Below are positions 39,583-54,920 of a DNA stretch of 64,000 bases, piece after piece. The stretch lies in assembly GCF_009914755.1 (NCBI RefSeq), contig NC_060925.1. One strand, given 5' to 3'. Below the pieces are notes generated by a model. That model ran no database searches. It was given only the letters and a program-made list of their open reading frames with translations, and was not told the DNA's origin. A program made the translations under genes and the position numbers. Within the stretch, counting starts at the first letter, position 1, and each line of letters begins with the position of its first letter. This DNA is from the human T2T-CHM13v2.0 reference genome, Homo sapiens.

Positions 39583-40879
39583 TTTAGTCATTATCTGGGC
39601 AGTCACATCATTGCACCATTTTCATTTTTGTATAGAGCTGCTTCGGTTCTAAGTGGTCTAGACTCCCTCTGCATATCTTTATTGTTGTTAAGACAGTAAG
39701 ATAGATGTTTTTTGAATCTATAGGTTCTCCTTTTTGTTGGATAACACTTCTTTCTTCTTCAGAGTAGATATTCTTGTAGATATCTATAAGACTTTAACAT
39801 TTTTCTTGACTTTGATTTTTTTCCTTTTTTAGGAAAAACAAAGACACAACAGACTTCATCTTTAGGTTTCCTCAAGATTTAAGTGAACACATAGCCATTA
39901 GTTTATATGTACCAGTTTCTTAAAAAAACACACACATAAAATGCTTGTTTTCCCTCTAGCCTAACTATTTAAAGCCAATTAAACTATAAAATACTTAGAA
40001 AATTATTTATTCTTAATGTAACTATATGTTCCAGGACAAATCTAAACTGACGTAGTTGTATACACACAATGTAATTTAATGCTAGTCTAAGAATGCTTGT
40101 AGCTTGAGAGAAAGGCACAGATTTTGTTAAACAATCTTCATACTGTAGATTTTTTCCTCCTACTGACTGTGATTTTTGGCCACTTGAGTCTTTTTGTTGA
40201 TATTGGCAGAATGTTGAAATCTTTGGATATTTAGGAAATTAAGATTACAGATTGCGTTGGGCCCCTTCAAACAGTATATTGCATTATAGTTCACTTTAGC
40301 AATAGATTTGGTGGTTGGTTTGGTGGAGGGATAGAAGTATACAGAAGGTAATTTTAAAAATAATTCACTATGGATCATTTTTTCCTAATCTGCATAAATG
40401 AATTTGAACTGACTTTAATAAAAATATTTTGAAAGTACATAGAAAAACATCTGAAGCAGTTGTTGGAGAAGAGGGAAACATGTATAAATTTAGTTGGATT
40501 GTGTTTTACTCTTTGGTGTATGAATTTATGGCAAACAATGCAGCTTGTGGCTTTTCATTTCTTTATAGAGCTATGTAGAAAATACTATTTTTCATATTAG
40601 AAATCCTGTACTTGAAAGAAGCCTCAATTATAAGTGGCTTCATGAAGCAAAGTTAAAAACAAACATAGAAAATGTGAAAATATTTGTGTTTGTTTGTCTG
40701 ACTAGCTTGCTGTTAATTATGTTCTCTTTAAGTGTGTGAATGTTCTTTTATACTTTATAGCCACCTTACATTTTGTTAAATAGCCATTGCTTTTAAGATG
40801 GATGGTATGGTGCGTAGAGGTTAGTTAACTGTATCTACATTTTTCAAAGTTTTATATTAACTATTATAAGAAGTTACAA

Positions 40880-41187
40880 GGCCGGGCGCGATGGCCCACG
40901 CCTGTAATCCCAGCATTTTGGGAGGCCGACGCAGGTGGATCACGAGGTCAGGACATCGAGACCATCCTGGCTAACACAGTGAAACCCCGTCTCTACTAAA
41001 AATACAAAAAATTAGCCAGGCGTGGTGGCGTGCGCCTATAATCCCAGCTACTCAGGAGGCTGAGGCAGGAGAATCACTTGAACCCAGGAGGCAGAGGTTG
41101 CAGTGAGCCGAGATCAAGCCACTGTACTCCAGCCTGGGCAACAGAGCGAGACTCTGTCTCAAAAAAAAAAAAAAGAAGGAAAAAAAA
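40880..41187 (+). mobile_element. AluSc/Y-like
   Basis: ggatcacgaggtcaggacatcgagaccatcctggctaacac; TSD aagttaca. Confidence 0.93.
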
Positions 41188-41256
41188 AAGTTACAGTAGT
41201 GCCATTTTGATTAGTCTGAATGTTTTCAGGCCTTGAAATAAATTTTGACTAAGTAA

Positions 41257-42127
41257 TTTTTTTTTTCAGAGCAGGAGTGGAAGTTTATTTTAAAAGCTTT
41301 AGGCCAGTAAGGAAAAAAAGGAAAGGAAAGAAGGAAAATGCAACTTGGAAGAGGGCCAAGCAGGCGACTCGAGAAACCAAGTGCACAGCTTAACATCTTG
41401 ACTTGGGGTTTTATTTGTTGGCATACTTCCAGGATCTTATTGGGAAGCTGCTGATCAGTTTCAGGTGTTTTCTATCTATTAGGAGCCTACCTTTCCCTGG
41501 CACCAGCTGTGACTAATTATTACTTTAAACAAACTGTTAACAACCGCCTGGCCATCACCTGATGGTTGCCCAACATTTCTGGTGTGTGTGTGGTAGGGAG
41601 CCCTCTCCTGCCCTGCTCATACCTGACTAGCTACCTACTGTAACATTTACCCCTGCCTTAAGAGTCCAAGACCCCAAATCTTTGGTGGAAAGTGGATGAA
41701 GGTCAGTCTTCTGTAACTGTTTCCTGCTGACAGAGGGGCGGTGGTGGTTCTGTGAGTCTTAGCCTCTCACTGTCTAGGCTGAGTTGGCTCCATGAGTTGC
41801 TGAAAGTGGTATCGAACCAGGTCCAAAGAAGACAGAAGCAGGATTTTGCCTCTGTCATATCCCACAATGGGCAGTCTAGAGGCCCCTGTAGAAGGTGATT
41901 ATTGAATATTGAGAGGATGGTGTCCCTTATTGAGGATGATCTGGAGCTTAATGGCCTTACTTTGAGGTGAAAAGGCATTACTTATCTTTCTGCTTAAAAA
42001 GGAACCTCAGATCCTCCAGGGACTCGCAAGCGTGTTCGGGAGCTGAGGGCATTGTTTCCAGCTCTGGTGTCTCGGAGCCTTTCCACAGCTTCACTCAGGT
42101 GTGATGTATCCAGCTGGCAATCTCTGA
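41257..42127 (-). mobile_element. L1-mediated retrocopy of a chimeric transcript: unique 5' segment + ERV env tail + PPT + partial ERV1 LTR + poly(A)
   Basis: TSD GACTAAGTAATTTTTTT (41247-41263, 42128-42144); TTTT/AA target site; poly(T) 41257-41266; minus-strand AATAAA 41284-41289; LTR 5' end TGTTACAGTAGG at 41645; PPT 41646-41660. Confidence 0.85.
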
Positions 42128-45100
42128 GACTAAGTAATTTTTTTAAATGTTCCTTCTAAGTCTTTTTTTTTCTTTAACAACTCTATTCTTACAATTTCTT
42201 AAAATTGTGAACAACTAACCACACTACAAAGTTGGTGGACATAGATACTCACATTATAATCAAAGTAAACTTACCCAGCTGTTAATAAAACTTGCAAAAT
42301 CATATGAAGCATATAGTCGTGACTTGCTTCCTGGTAATTAATCATGGTGGCCATAAGTAAGTCCAGCCATTGCCTTCCCATTTCCCAGGCTACAGGCTCA
42401 ATAAGGGCTTTTCAAATTCCTGGATATTAGCTGGGCCATCTGGCTTTGTTTTGGCCGAGTAGCATCCAACTCCTCTTTCCTATTGGAGGGAAATCTCCTA
42501 TTATATAGTCTTGGTGGGTGGCCATTTTGGAGACTAAAAAGGCCAAGTCTTCCTTCTCTCTGCACTCAGCTATCCAGGTCATAGGCCTGAACCCCAGCCT
42601 GAGCCAATACTATATTGCTGCCAAGACTTCAATCTTGAACAAGTGACACATAGCCCAGAAGCAGTAGAATTCTTCTGCCGTGATGAGGAATCCACACCAG
42701 GCCACTCCGGCTAAAAGGCATGTATTGTGCTTCCTGGTTTTTTTCTGGGCTGTTTCCTCCAGACTCACACCACACATTTCTTCCAATAAATGTCCTTCCT
42801 GGTTACAACCACCAGATAGTCTTGGTTTCTTGCTCCTGAACGCGTTCCCCCTGATTGTGGCAGGCACTGTTGGTCACCCAGTGGCTGCTCCCCTTCCCTT
42901 TATTGCTAATATAACCCCAAGTTTTTATTTCTTCATATCTCTACCTGGCCCAAGTATAGGGACCATGACTGGTCAGTCCTATCCCCTTGTTCAGCGACAG
43001 GTCTAAGGTTAGGCCTGTGACCCAGCTCTAGCCAAAGAGACCTGAGGGGAAATGCTGGAAGCTTCTGGGAAAGGCTTTCCTCACTCATTGTGTCCCTGGC
43101 CCCTTTCTTCCTGCTTGAGAAGCCACCACATGAGAAGAAAAGCTTGGAGCCACTGCAGCCATCTTGCCACCATGAGGGAAGGCAGCAGCAGCCCTAAAGA
43201 AAGCAGAGGGAGCCTGGGTCCTTGATCTCTCGGAGCCACCACAATGACCCTGGAATCACCTCCCTCTGAACTGCAGGTTTTCTCTGATGAATCAACCCTC
43301 GTCATTTAGTTCTCTTATACTAAGTGCTTTGTTATTTGCAGCCAAAACATTCTGATAAACTGATTCTCTGAGTTTCACTATTTTCTAAAATAATCATCTG
43401 TTGTTGGAGCTGGAAGAGATCTGGGAGAACTTTGAGTTTCTTTGTAATAGAAGAATCTGAGTTGGATATGGAGGCAGAAGCAGAGGGAGAACCCAGGCCT
43501 CCTGAGTCTTATCCTGTGATAAGCCTTTTCCTATGGTGGTCTCCCCAGCACCCTGAGGAGGTGCCCAGGACATTTCACAGGGAGCCATGGGGATAGAGCC
43601 TGGATTCTGGCATCTGAGAATCATGGGCAAAGGGGCAAATAAGAAGGGGCAGAGTGAGCCTCTGCTGGGCCTGGGCAAGGCTGTGGACTGAGACACATAA
43701 GATGCCAGAGCTGTGTTCCTAGCTCTTTCTGTTGGAGCTCCTGTTGTATCCATGAGTGTGTGCATGTGTGTGTGCACATGGGCGCACACAAACCTTTGCC
43801 CTGGGTTCCACTTTTCAGCCTCCCTCAGTCTCTAGGATCTCCTGCTTCCCCACCAGCCTGGCAGCAAGGTCCTCTTCCTCTCATGGATGAGTACTTTTTG
43901 CAGTTTCTGGCTGGTTTCATGCCCTTTACTTTTTTCTTTTTTCTCTTTTTTTCCACCTTTTAGAGCTTTATTTAGAAAGTGTATATGTAAGGAAGTAAAG
44001 CCATTTCCATTTACAGTTTACAAACTAGAACCAGTTTGCCTTGGAAGCCCAGTCTGGGTAACCAGCCATGTCCAGGCTGGCACAGAGGAAATCAGCACAC
44101 TTCCTGTACACCTGTAGTCAGCAGGTGAGATGAACAGGGCTGAACAGCTCTTTAGTGTCAATTTTCATCACTGTGAAATCACCACTGTATAAATTTCACC
44201 ACTGTATAAATCTACATTTATAGAGGGTGAAATGGGAACTGCTTTGAAAACAGTAATTGTGAGTGTATTCAAAACCAACCATAATGGAAAAAAATACAAG
44301 TGCATCAAATAAAGCCACAGTATTGTTTCTGAATACCATTTGGATAGAACGCATAAGAACGTATTACCACATACACACACGTGTGTGTGCACATGTGCAA
44401 AAACTGAAAACCATGTTGCCCAGCCCAGAGTATTTGCACTTTATATGCAGGTGTATAAAAAATATATTGGGCACCTACCAGATGCTCACATCCTATAGAT
44501 TAGCAGTTGTTCCCCCAAATCCAATGTAATTCAAGAATTCTCATTTTCAGGAGAAACATTAATTTGGGTAAACCAAGGATTTTTACAGTAAAGATCTATA
44601 ACGACTTTCAACTGAATTATCCCTTAAGTACATTTGTGTACATGCATATGTAGAAATACATTTACCTTACAATAGGACATAGTATTTTTATTTTTTAAAA
44701 TGCAGTTTTTTTAAAAAGAAAATTTGCAGAATTTACTACACTAAACCCTTCACTTTTTTCATGCCACTGTACAATTTTTCCTACAGCTGTGCCTGGACCA
44801 AAGAGAGCTCAAAGAAAGGCTAAGAATTCACTTCTGGGACTTGGAAAGCTTCAAAAGAGTGAACCAGAACTAGGGGGAACATTGATCCTGGATGCAGCTG
44901 GCTGGCAGAGGTGCTGGTGTGCTGTTTCTTCAGAGGTTTCAGGAAGGCCCCCCCATCCCAAAATCACCCTTCCTTCACCTGGGAAGTCAATGCCTGAGAC
45001 TCCACCATTACAGATACAATGCAAACCTTCCTGGGAGACAAAACTCCTCATATACACCTTAAAGTGAGTTTTTATGATCTTTTCAAGAGGGTCAATGTTG

Positions 45101-47429
45101 AGAAGAATCCAAGTGGAGAAAGGATGAGGTTGGTTGAGGGTAGCACCAAAAGATTCTCTTTTTCACTCAGAATAGGCGCTGCAAGTCTGTCCTGCTGGTG
45201 ATGCACATACTGGAGAACAAGAGGGTGGTGGAGAAAATTATGTAAACTTCCAGGGAGAAAATCTGGGCAAGGGGAAGGGCATGGAGGTGGGTGGTCAGGT
45301 ATATCGGGGCATATTGTGGAGAGAAGTGTAAGAAGTATGTGGTTACTTTGGTAGTGGACACTAGAGAGACACTGAAGGTTCTTGAGGAGGAGAGTGACAT
45401 AATCCAAAAGTCAAATCTGATGGCTATGTGGAGAGGCTTGAATGGAGAGACTGGCATCAGGGACTCCAGGGAAGACATAATGAAGGGCTGAACATGGCCA
45501 TAAAGGAATAGGTAGAAAGGTCACAAGAAAGGCACAAAGTAGAATCCAGGTGACCTTGTCCCCAAAGACATGTAGGAAGAATGCTGATTTCTTTAAAGGG
45601 AACTAGAAAGTGAGGCCAGAAAACTGGTTTATAGTGAAGAAATACCGAGTTTAAGGTACTTGTAGGTCATCCAAGTGGAGATAATATTATTGTCATTAGT
45701 ATTGGCTGACAAACATTAAGAGATTACTCTCTACCAGGCACCATGCTAAGCCCTTCACATGCATTATCTCATTTAATTCTCATAACATCCCAAAGGGTAG
45801 ATATTGTTATCCCCATCTTACAGATGAGGACACTACAGCTCCAAGAGGTTAGCTACTTGCCCAAGTTCCCACAGCTAGTAAGAACCCAGGCCCCTGGCTC
45901 CAAAGCTCCTAACCACCATGAGGCTCTGGTGCTTGGGGAAGAGGTCAGAAGCTGGTCTGTGGCCACAGAGATGACAAGGAAGATCTTAAGAATGTATGGG
46001 ACCTCCCTAATGAAATTCGAAAAGGAAGAGAAGAGAACGAATCTTTATGGCGTATCATTAGACAAGTCGCTGAACTGTCACCATCTGTCAACTAACCTTG
46101 AATGAGACCTCTAAGAGCAATTTCCCTATTCCCCAGGATTTAAATGGGGTTTGGAGTTGGCATTGACAACCCACTAACAACAGCTCACAAGCTCACTAGC
46201 AGAGTAACCCGCAACTCAGCGTGAAGGAGGCTGTTTGCTCCTTCCACCCTCTAATGAAGACAACTTGTTTTTCTAAGTAGGACTTCTTTTCTGGTTGTAA
46301 GTCTTGGGACAGAACTTCGAAGCAAAATCTGGATGCAGAGGTGGAGTGGGATAGGAGGGAGCAGGTTTAGGGGTCACTGCACTTTTCAGCTATTCCTTGG
46401 GAGCTTCAGACATAGTCTGGAGGGTAGGGGAGACATTGATGAGATGAGAGAGTAGAGGATGGCCTGCAGAGGGAGGGAGGTGGAGGAGACAGAGGGACAG
46501 GGCATGAGGGCTCGAGGGAGCAGGGCCTTGGAAGCATTCGCCCTCTCTCTGTGCTCACTTTTATCCACCAATTCCCCACTCTGTGCCTCTTCACTCTTTT
46601 TTCATCTTCTAAAAGAAAAGAAATTCAAGGGAACACTTACACTGAAGCCAAATTGGTTTCCTTCCCCTCCAAGCCAGGTGTCAGTGGTACCCCCCTCTCT
46701 TGGTCCCCCAGCATGATGGCTCCTCCTTCCTCATCCTGTATCCCTTCAGGAGCCACATCCAGCCCGATTAACTTCAGAAACTTCTCCTTCATCAGGCTTC
46801 CCTGGACCCCATGAGGTGAACCTTGAGAACTAGGAGAAAAGCTCCTACTCCCCTACCCCCAACCCCTCTTATGGCCTGGTGAGGAGAGGTGGGATGGGTG
46901 GGGTATAATCCCCTCTCAGCCTCCCCGTCAAGTCTGTGTTCCACACTCCAGGCCCCAGAGTCCAGCACACTTTGGGTTCCTGACACATGTTTGTGGAATG
47001 AATGAATAAATAAGTGAATGAGTGAATGAATGGGAGAATGGACATGCAACAAAGGATGCCAGAGCAGAGGCTGCTGAGTGGAGGAGGCTTCGGTGAGTCA
47101 CAGCGCTCTCCATGCCTCCAGGGCAAAGCTGTGAAAACCATTAGCTGCAATTCAAGCCCAGCAGGCACAGAGCAAGCTTCAGTCACCCTGGCTGCAGAGT
47201 TCACACCCTGAGCGCCCATCCCCAGACCAGCAGCCTTGCCTCCTACACCCAACTACCCCAGTGAGATCTGGTCTCAGGCCGGCCTCATTGTCCACACAGG
47301 CCAAGGGTATGGGGTGGAAGCTCTCAGCAGGCAAGGGCTTTGGCTTACTCACCTGTGTACCCCCATGGACAGGCTCACAGTAGGTGCTTAGTAAATACCA
47401 AATTAAGGAAAATAGAGTTATTTGGTGTT

Positions 47430-47806
47430 TGTTCTGGTCTGAATGTTTGTGGCCCCCACCCCTCCCAAAAAACTCAGATGTTGAGATCCTAACCCCAACA
47501 TGATGGTACTAGGAGATGGGGCTTTATCGAGGTGATTACCTCCCAATCATAGGCCATTGGGAGGTGATTATGGTGGAGCACTCTTGAATGGAATTAGTGT
47601 CCTTATAAAAGAGGCCCAAGAGGGACCTGTCACCCTTTCTACCATGCGAGGACACAGGCAGAAGGCAGGCCTCACTCAACACTGAATCTGTCAGCACCTT
47701 GACTGTGGGCTTCCCAGCCTCTAGAATAGTGAGGAATAAATTTCGATTGTGTGTAAGCCACCCACTCTATGGTACTTCATTATAGCAGCCTGCATGGACT
47801 AAGACA
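47430..47806 (+). mobile_element. MaLR LTR (MLT1A-like)
   Basis: tgttctggtctgaatgtttgt...gaattagtgtccttataaaagagg...cttcccagcctctagaa...ttatagcagcc...gactaagaca. Confidence 0.85.
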
Positions 47807-48238
47807 CTGCTCGTTAGGTGCCAGCAACTTTAACATGCAGATGTCACACAAACCAAACAGTAGTTTTGAAAGGCGAGTCATCCTGTGCCTATTTTTGCTG
47901 ATGAGGAAACCAAGACAAAGAAGTTAAGAGACTTCCTAATGACCACAAAGTATTCTGGTAGCAGAGACCTGGCATTGGTTCAAATCAGGTCGTTTTGCTC
48001 TTAAGGCCATGTTCGTTCCACCAAACATAAAAACCCAAACCATCTGGGTTCTGGAGGAGGAAACTGGAAGAGAAAATCCTGGCGTCCCAGAGCCCACCCA
48101 GGTTTAGTGGGCTTCCCTTCCTTCACCCCACTTAGGAGAGGCAAAGGAGGCACTGAGTAGGGAAGGATGGCAGCTCCTCCCATGTCTCCAGGTGGCTTGC
48201 TACTGAGGCCTCTCAGATGTCCAGGATGGGGGAGAAGG

Positions 48239-48334
48239 GGACTATTCCTGAGACCTAGAGGGCTTGGATAAGGACTATTCCTGAGACCTGGAGGGCCTGG
48301 ATAGGGACTGATAAGACCTAGAGGGCCTGGATAA
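48239..48334. repeat. Minisatellite, ~33-bp unit x3 (GGACTATTCCTGAGACCTRGAGGGCYTGGATAR)
   Basis: Direct reading; the third unit is degenerate. Confidence 0.9.
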
Positions 48335-48900
48335 GGTGAGCCTCTAGTCTACCCCAGGCCCTGATGGCCTCATCCTTCTGCTGGGAGCCATGTTCTGAAA
48401 GTACAGTGGATGAGAAGAGAGAGCGAGTGAGCCTGGCAAGGATAAACCAGTCCACACTTGACCCCAAAGCAGTGTGAGCTGGGAGTGAGCTTGGCCAGGA
48501 AAGTCAGTCAAGATGGAAGCCCTTAGAAGACAGCTCCTGAGACAGATTGACATCAGCCCAGCCGGCCTCCACGAGCATGCTGAGGTGTCTGAGACGCACT
48601 CCAAAGGGCGCAGCCGGGTCAGCAAATTCCAACTGAGGCTGTGCTCTGCCTTCCAGAGCTTTGTGCCTGTAAGCAAGTCACTCACCTCTTAATGGAGATC
48701 ATGATATACTTCACAAGATTGTTATGAGCATCGAAAGAGATGGGGCATTTGAGTGAATCCCTACCCAACAAAATATATGGAAGAAATAGAAAAAGGTATT
48801 CAACTAACATTTGTTAAATTGAACTGTTCTTATGTCTAGCTAGATGTGGGGTTTCATAGTTTTACTTGACTGGATTTGGGTTGTATTTCCCCATATATCC

Positions 48901-49407
48901 TCATTTTCCCTTTTGATTTGTAAGTGGGTGGGTGGGGAATGACAACAAAAATTCATTGCAGATGGAGCCAAGATGGCCGAATAGGAACAGCTCCAGTCTA
49001 CAGCTCCCAGCGTGAGTGAGGCAGAAGACGGGTGATTTCTGCATTTCCAACTGAGGTACCGGGTTCATCTCACTGGGGAGTGTCGGAAAGTGGGTGCAGG
49101 ACAGTGGGTGCAGCACACCGAGTGTGAGCTGAAGCAGGGCGAGGCATTGCCTCACCTGGGAAGCGCAAGGGGTCAGGGAATTCCCTTTCCTAGTCAAAAA
49201 AAGGGGTGACAGACAGCACCTGGAAAATCGGGTCACTCCCACCCTAATACTGCACTTTTCCAACGGTCTTAGCAAATGGCACACCAGATTATATCCCTCA
49301 CCTGGCTCGGAGTGTCCTATGCCCACAGAGCCTCGCTCACTGCTAGCACAGCAGTCTGAGATCAAACTGCAAGGCGGCAGTGAGGCTGGGGGAGGGGCTC
49401 CCGCCAT
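48901..49407 (-). CDS. L1 antisense ORF0, open and extended to 168 aa (putative)
   Basis: MAGAPPPASLPPCSLISDCCAS... is the ORF0 N-terminus; Kozak gcaATGg; no stop until 48901-48903 in flanking DNA. Expression is unknown. Confidence 0.45.
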   Translation of the reverse strand: MAGAPPPASLPPCSLISDCCASSERGSVGIGHSEPGEGYNLVCHLLRPLEKCSIRVGVTRFSRCCLSPLFLTRKGNSLTPCASQVRQCLALLQLTLGVLHPLSCTHFPTLPSEMNPVPQLEMQKSPVFCLTHAGSCRLELFLFGHLGSICNEFLLSFPTHPLTNQKGK

Positions 49408-49986
49408 TGCTGAGGCTTGAGTAGGTAAACAAAGCAGCTGGGAAGCTCGAACTGGGCAGAGCCCACTGCAGCTGAAGGAGGCCTGCCTGCCTGCCTCTGT
49501 AGACTCCACCTCTGGGGGCAGGGCATTGCCAAACAAAAGGCAGCAGAATCCTCTGCAGACTTAAATGTCCCTGTCTGAAAGCTTTGAAGAGAGTAGTGGT
49601 TCTCCCAGCACACAGCTGGAGGTCTGAGAACGGACAGACTGCCTCCTCAAGTGGGTCCCTGATCCCCGAACAGCCTAACTGGGAGGCACCCCCCAGTAGG
49701 GGCAGACTGACACCTCACACAGTCGGGTACTCCTCTGAGACAAAACTTCCAGAGGAACGATCAGGCAGCAACATTTGCTGTCCACCAATATCCGTTGTTC
49801 TGCAGCCTCCGCTGCTGATACCCAGGCAAACAGGGTCTGGAGTGGACCTCCAGCAAACTCCAACAGACCTGAAGCTGAGGTTCTTGACTGTTAGAAGGAA
49901 AACTAACAAACAGAAAGGACATCGACACCAAAACCCCATCTGTACGTCACCATCATCAAAGACCAAAGGTAGATAAAACCACAAAG

Positions 49987-50998
49987 ATGGGGAAAAAACA
50001 GAGCAGAAAAACTGGAAACTCTAAAAATCAGAGTGCCTTTCCTCCTCCAAAGGAATGCAGCTCCTCACCAGCAACGGAACAAAGCTGGACAGAGAATGAC
50101 TTTGATGAGTTGAGAGAAGGCTTCAGACGATCAAACTACTCTGAGCTAAAGGAATAAGTTCGAACCCAACGCAAAGAAGTTAAAAACCTTGAAAAAAAAT
50201 TAGACGAATGGCTAACTAGAATAACCAATGCAGAGAAGTCCTTAAAGGACCTGATGGAGCTGAAAACCATGGCACGAGAACTACATGATGAATGCACAAG
50301 CCTCAGTAGCCGATTCGATCAACTGGAAGAAAGGGTATCAGTGATGGAAGATCAAATGAATGAAATGAAGTGAGAAGAGAAGTTTAGAGAAAAAAGAATA
50401 AAAAGAAATAAACAAAGCGTCCAAGAAATATGGGACTATATGAAAAGACCAAATGTACGTCTGATTGGCATACCTGAAAGTGATGGGGAGAATGGAACCA
50501 AGTTGGAAAACACTCTGCGGGATATTATACAGGAGAACTTCCCCAATCTAGCAAGGCAGGCCAACATTCAAATTCAGGAAATACAGAGAATGCCACAAAG
50601 ATACTCCTCAAGAAGAGCAACTCCAAGACACATAATTGTCAGATTCACCAAAGTTGAAATAGAGGAAAAAATGTTAAGGGCAGCCAGAGAGAAAGGTCGG
50701 GTTACCCACAAAGGGAAGCCCATCAGACTAATAGCTAATCTCTTGGCAGAAACTCTACAAGCCAGAAGAGAGTGGGGGCCACTATTCAACATCCTTAAAG
50801 AAAAGAATTTTCACCCCAGAATTTCACATCCAGCCAAATTAAGCTTCATAAGTGAAGGAGAAATAAAACACTTTACAGACAAGCAAATGCTGAGAGATTG
50901 TCACCGCCAGGCCTGCCCTAAAAGAGCTCCTGAAGGACGCATTAAACATGGAAAGGAACAACCAGTACCAGCCACTGCAAAAACATGCCAAATTGTAA
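49987..50998 (+). pseudogene. L1 ORF1p, disrupted
   Basis: Starts MGKKQSRKTGNSK; premature TAA (~50154) and TGA (~50371); frameshift near 50895. Confidence 0.9.
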
Positions 50999-51061
50999 AG
51001 ACCATCGAGGCTAGGAAGAAACTGCGTCAACTAACGAGCAAAATAGCCAGCTACCATCATA

Positions 51062-54920
<3,859 letters not shown>

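Larger units (their letters stand above)
38085..42310 (+). pseudogene. Probable full extent of the RFK retrocopy, including the GC-rich 5'UTR and long AT-rich 3'UTR (interrupted by two Alus and a second retrocopy)
   Basis: GC-rich leader from ~38085, AT-rich UTR-like sequence after the stop, AATAAA at 41237-41242 and 42284-42289. The ends are approximate; no clear poly(A) tail or TSD was found. Confidence 0.55.

Noticed and set aside
48239-48334. ~33-bp repeats superficially resembling a CRISPR array
   Set aside because: The units are contiguous with no unique spacers, there are no cas genes and the DNA is human: it is a minisatellite.
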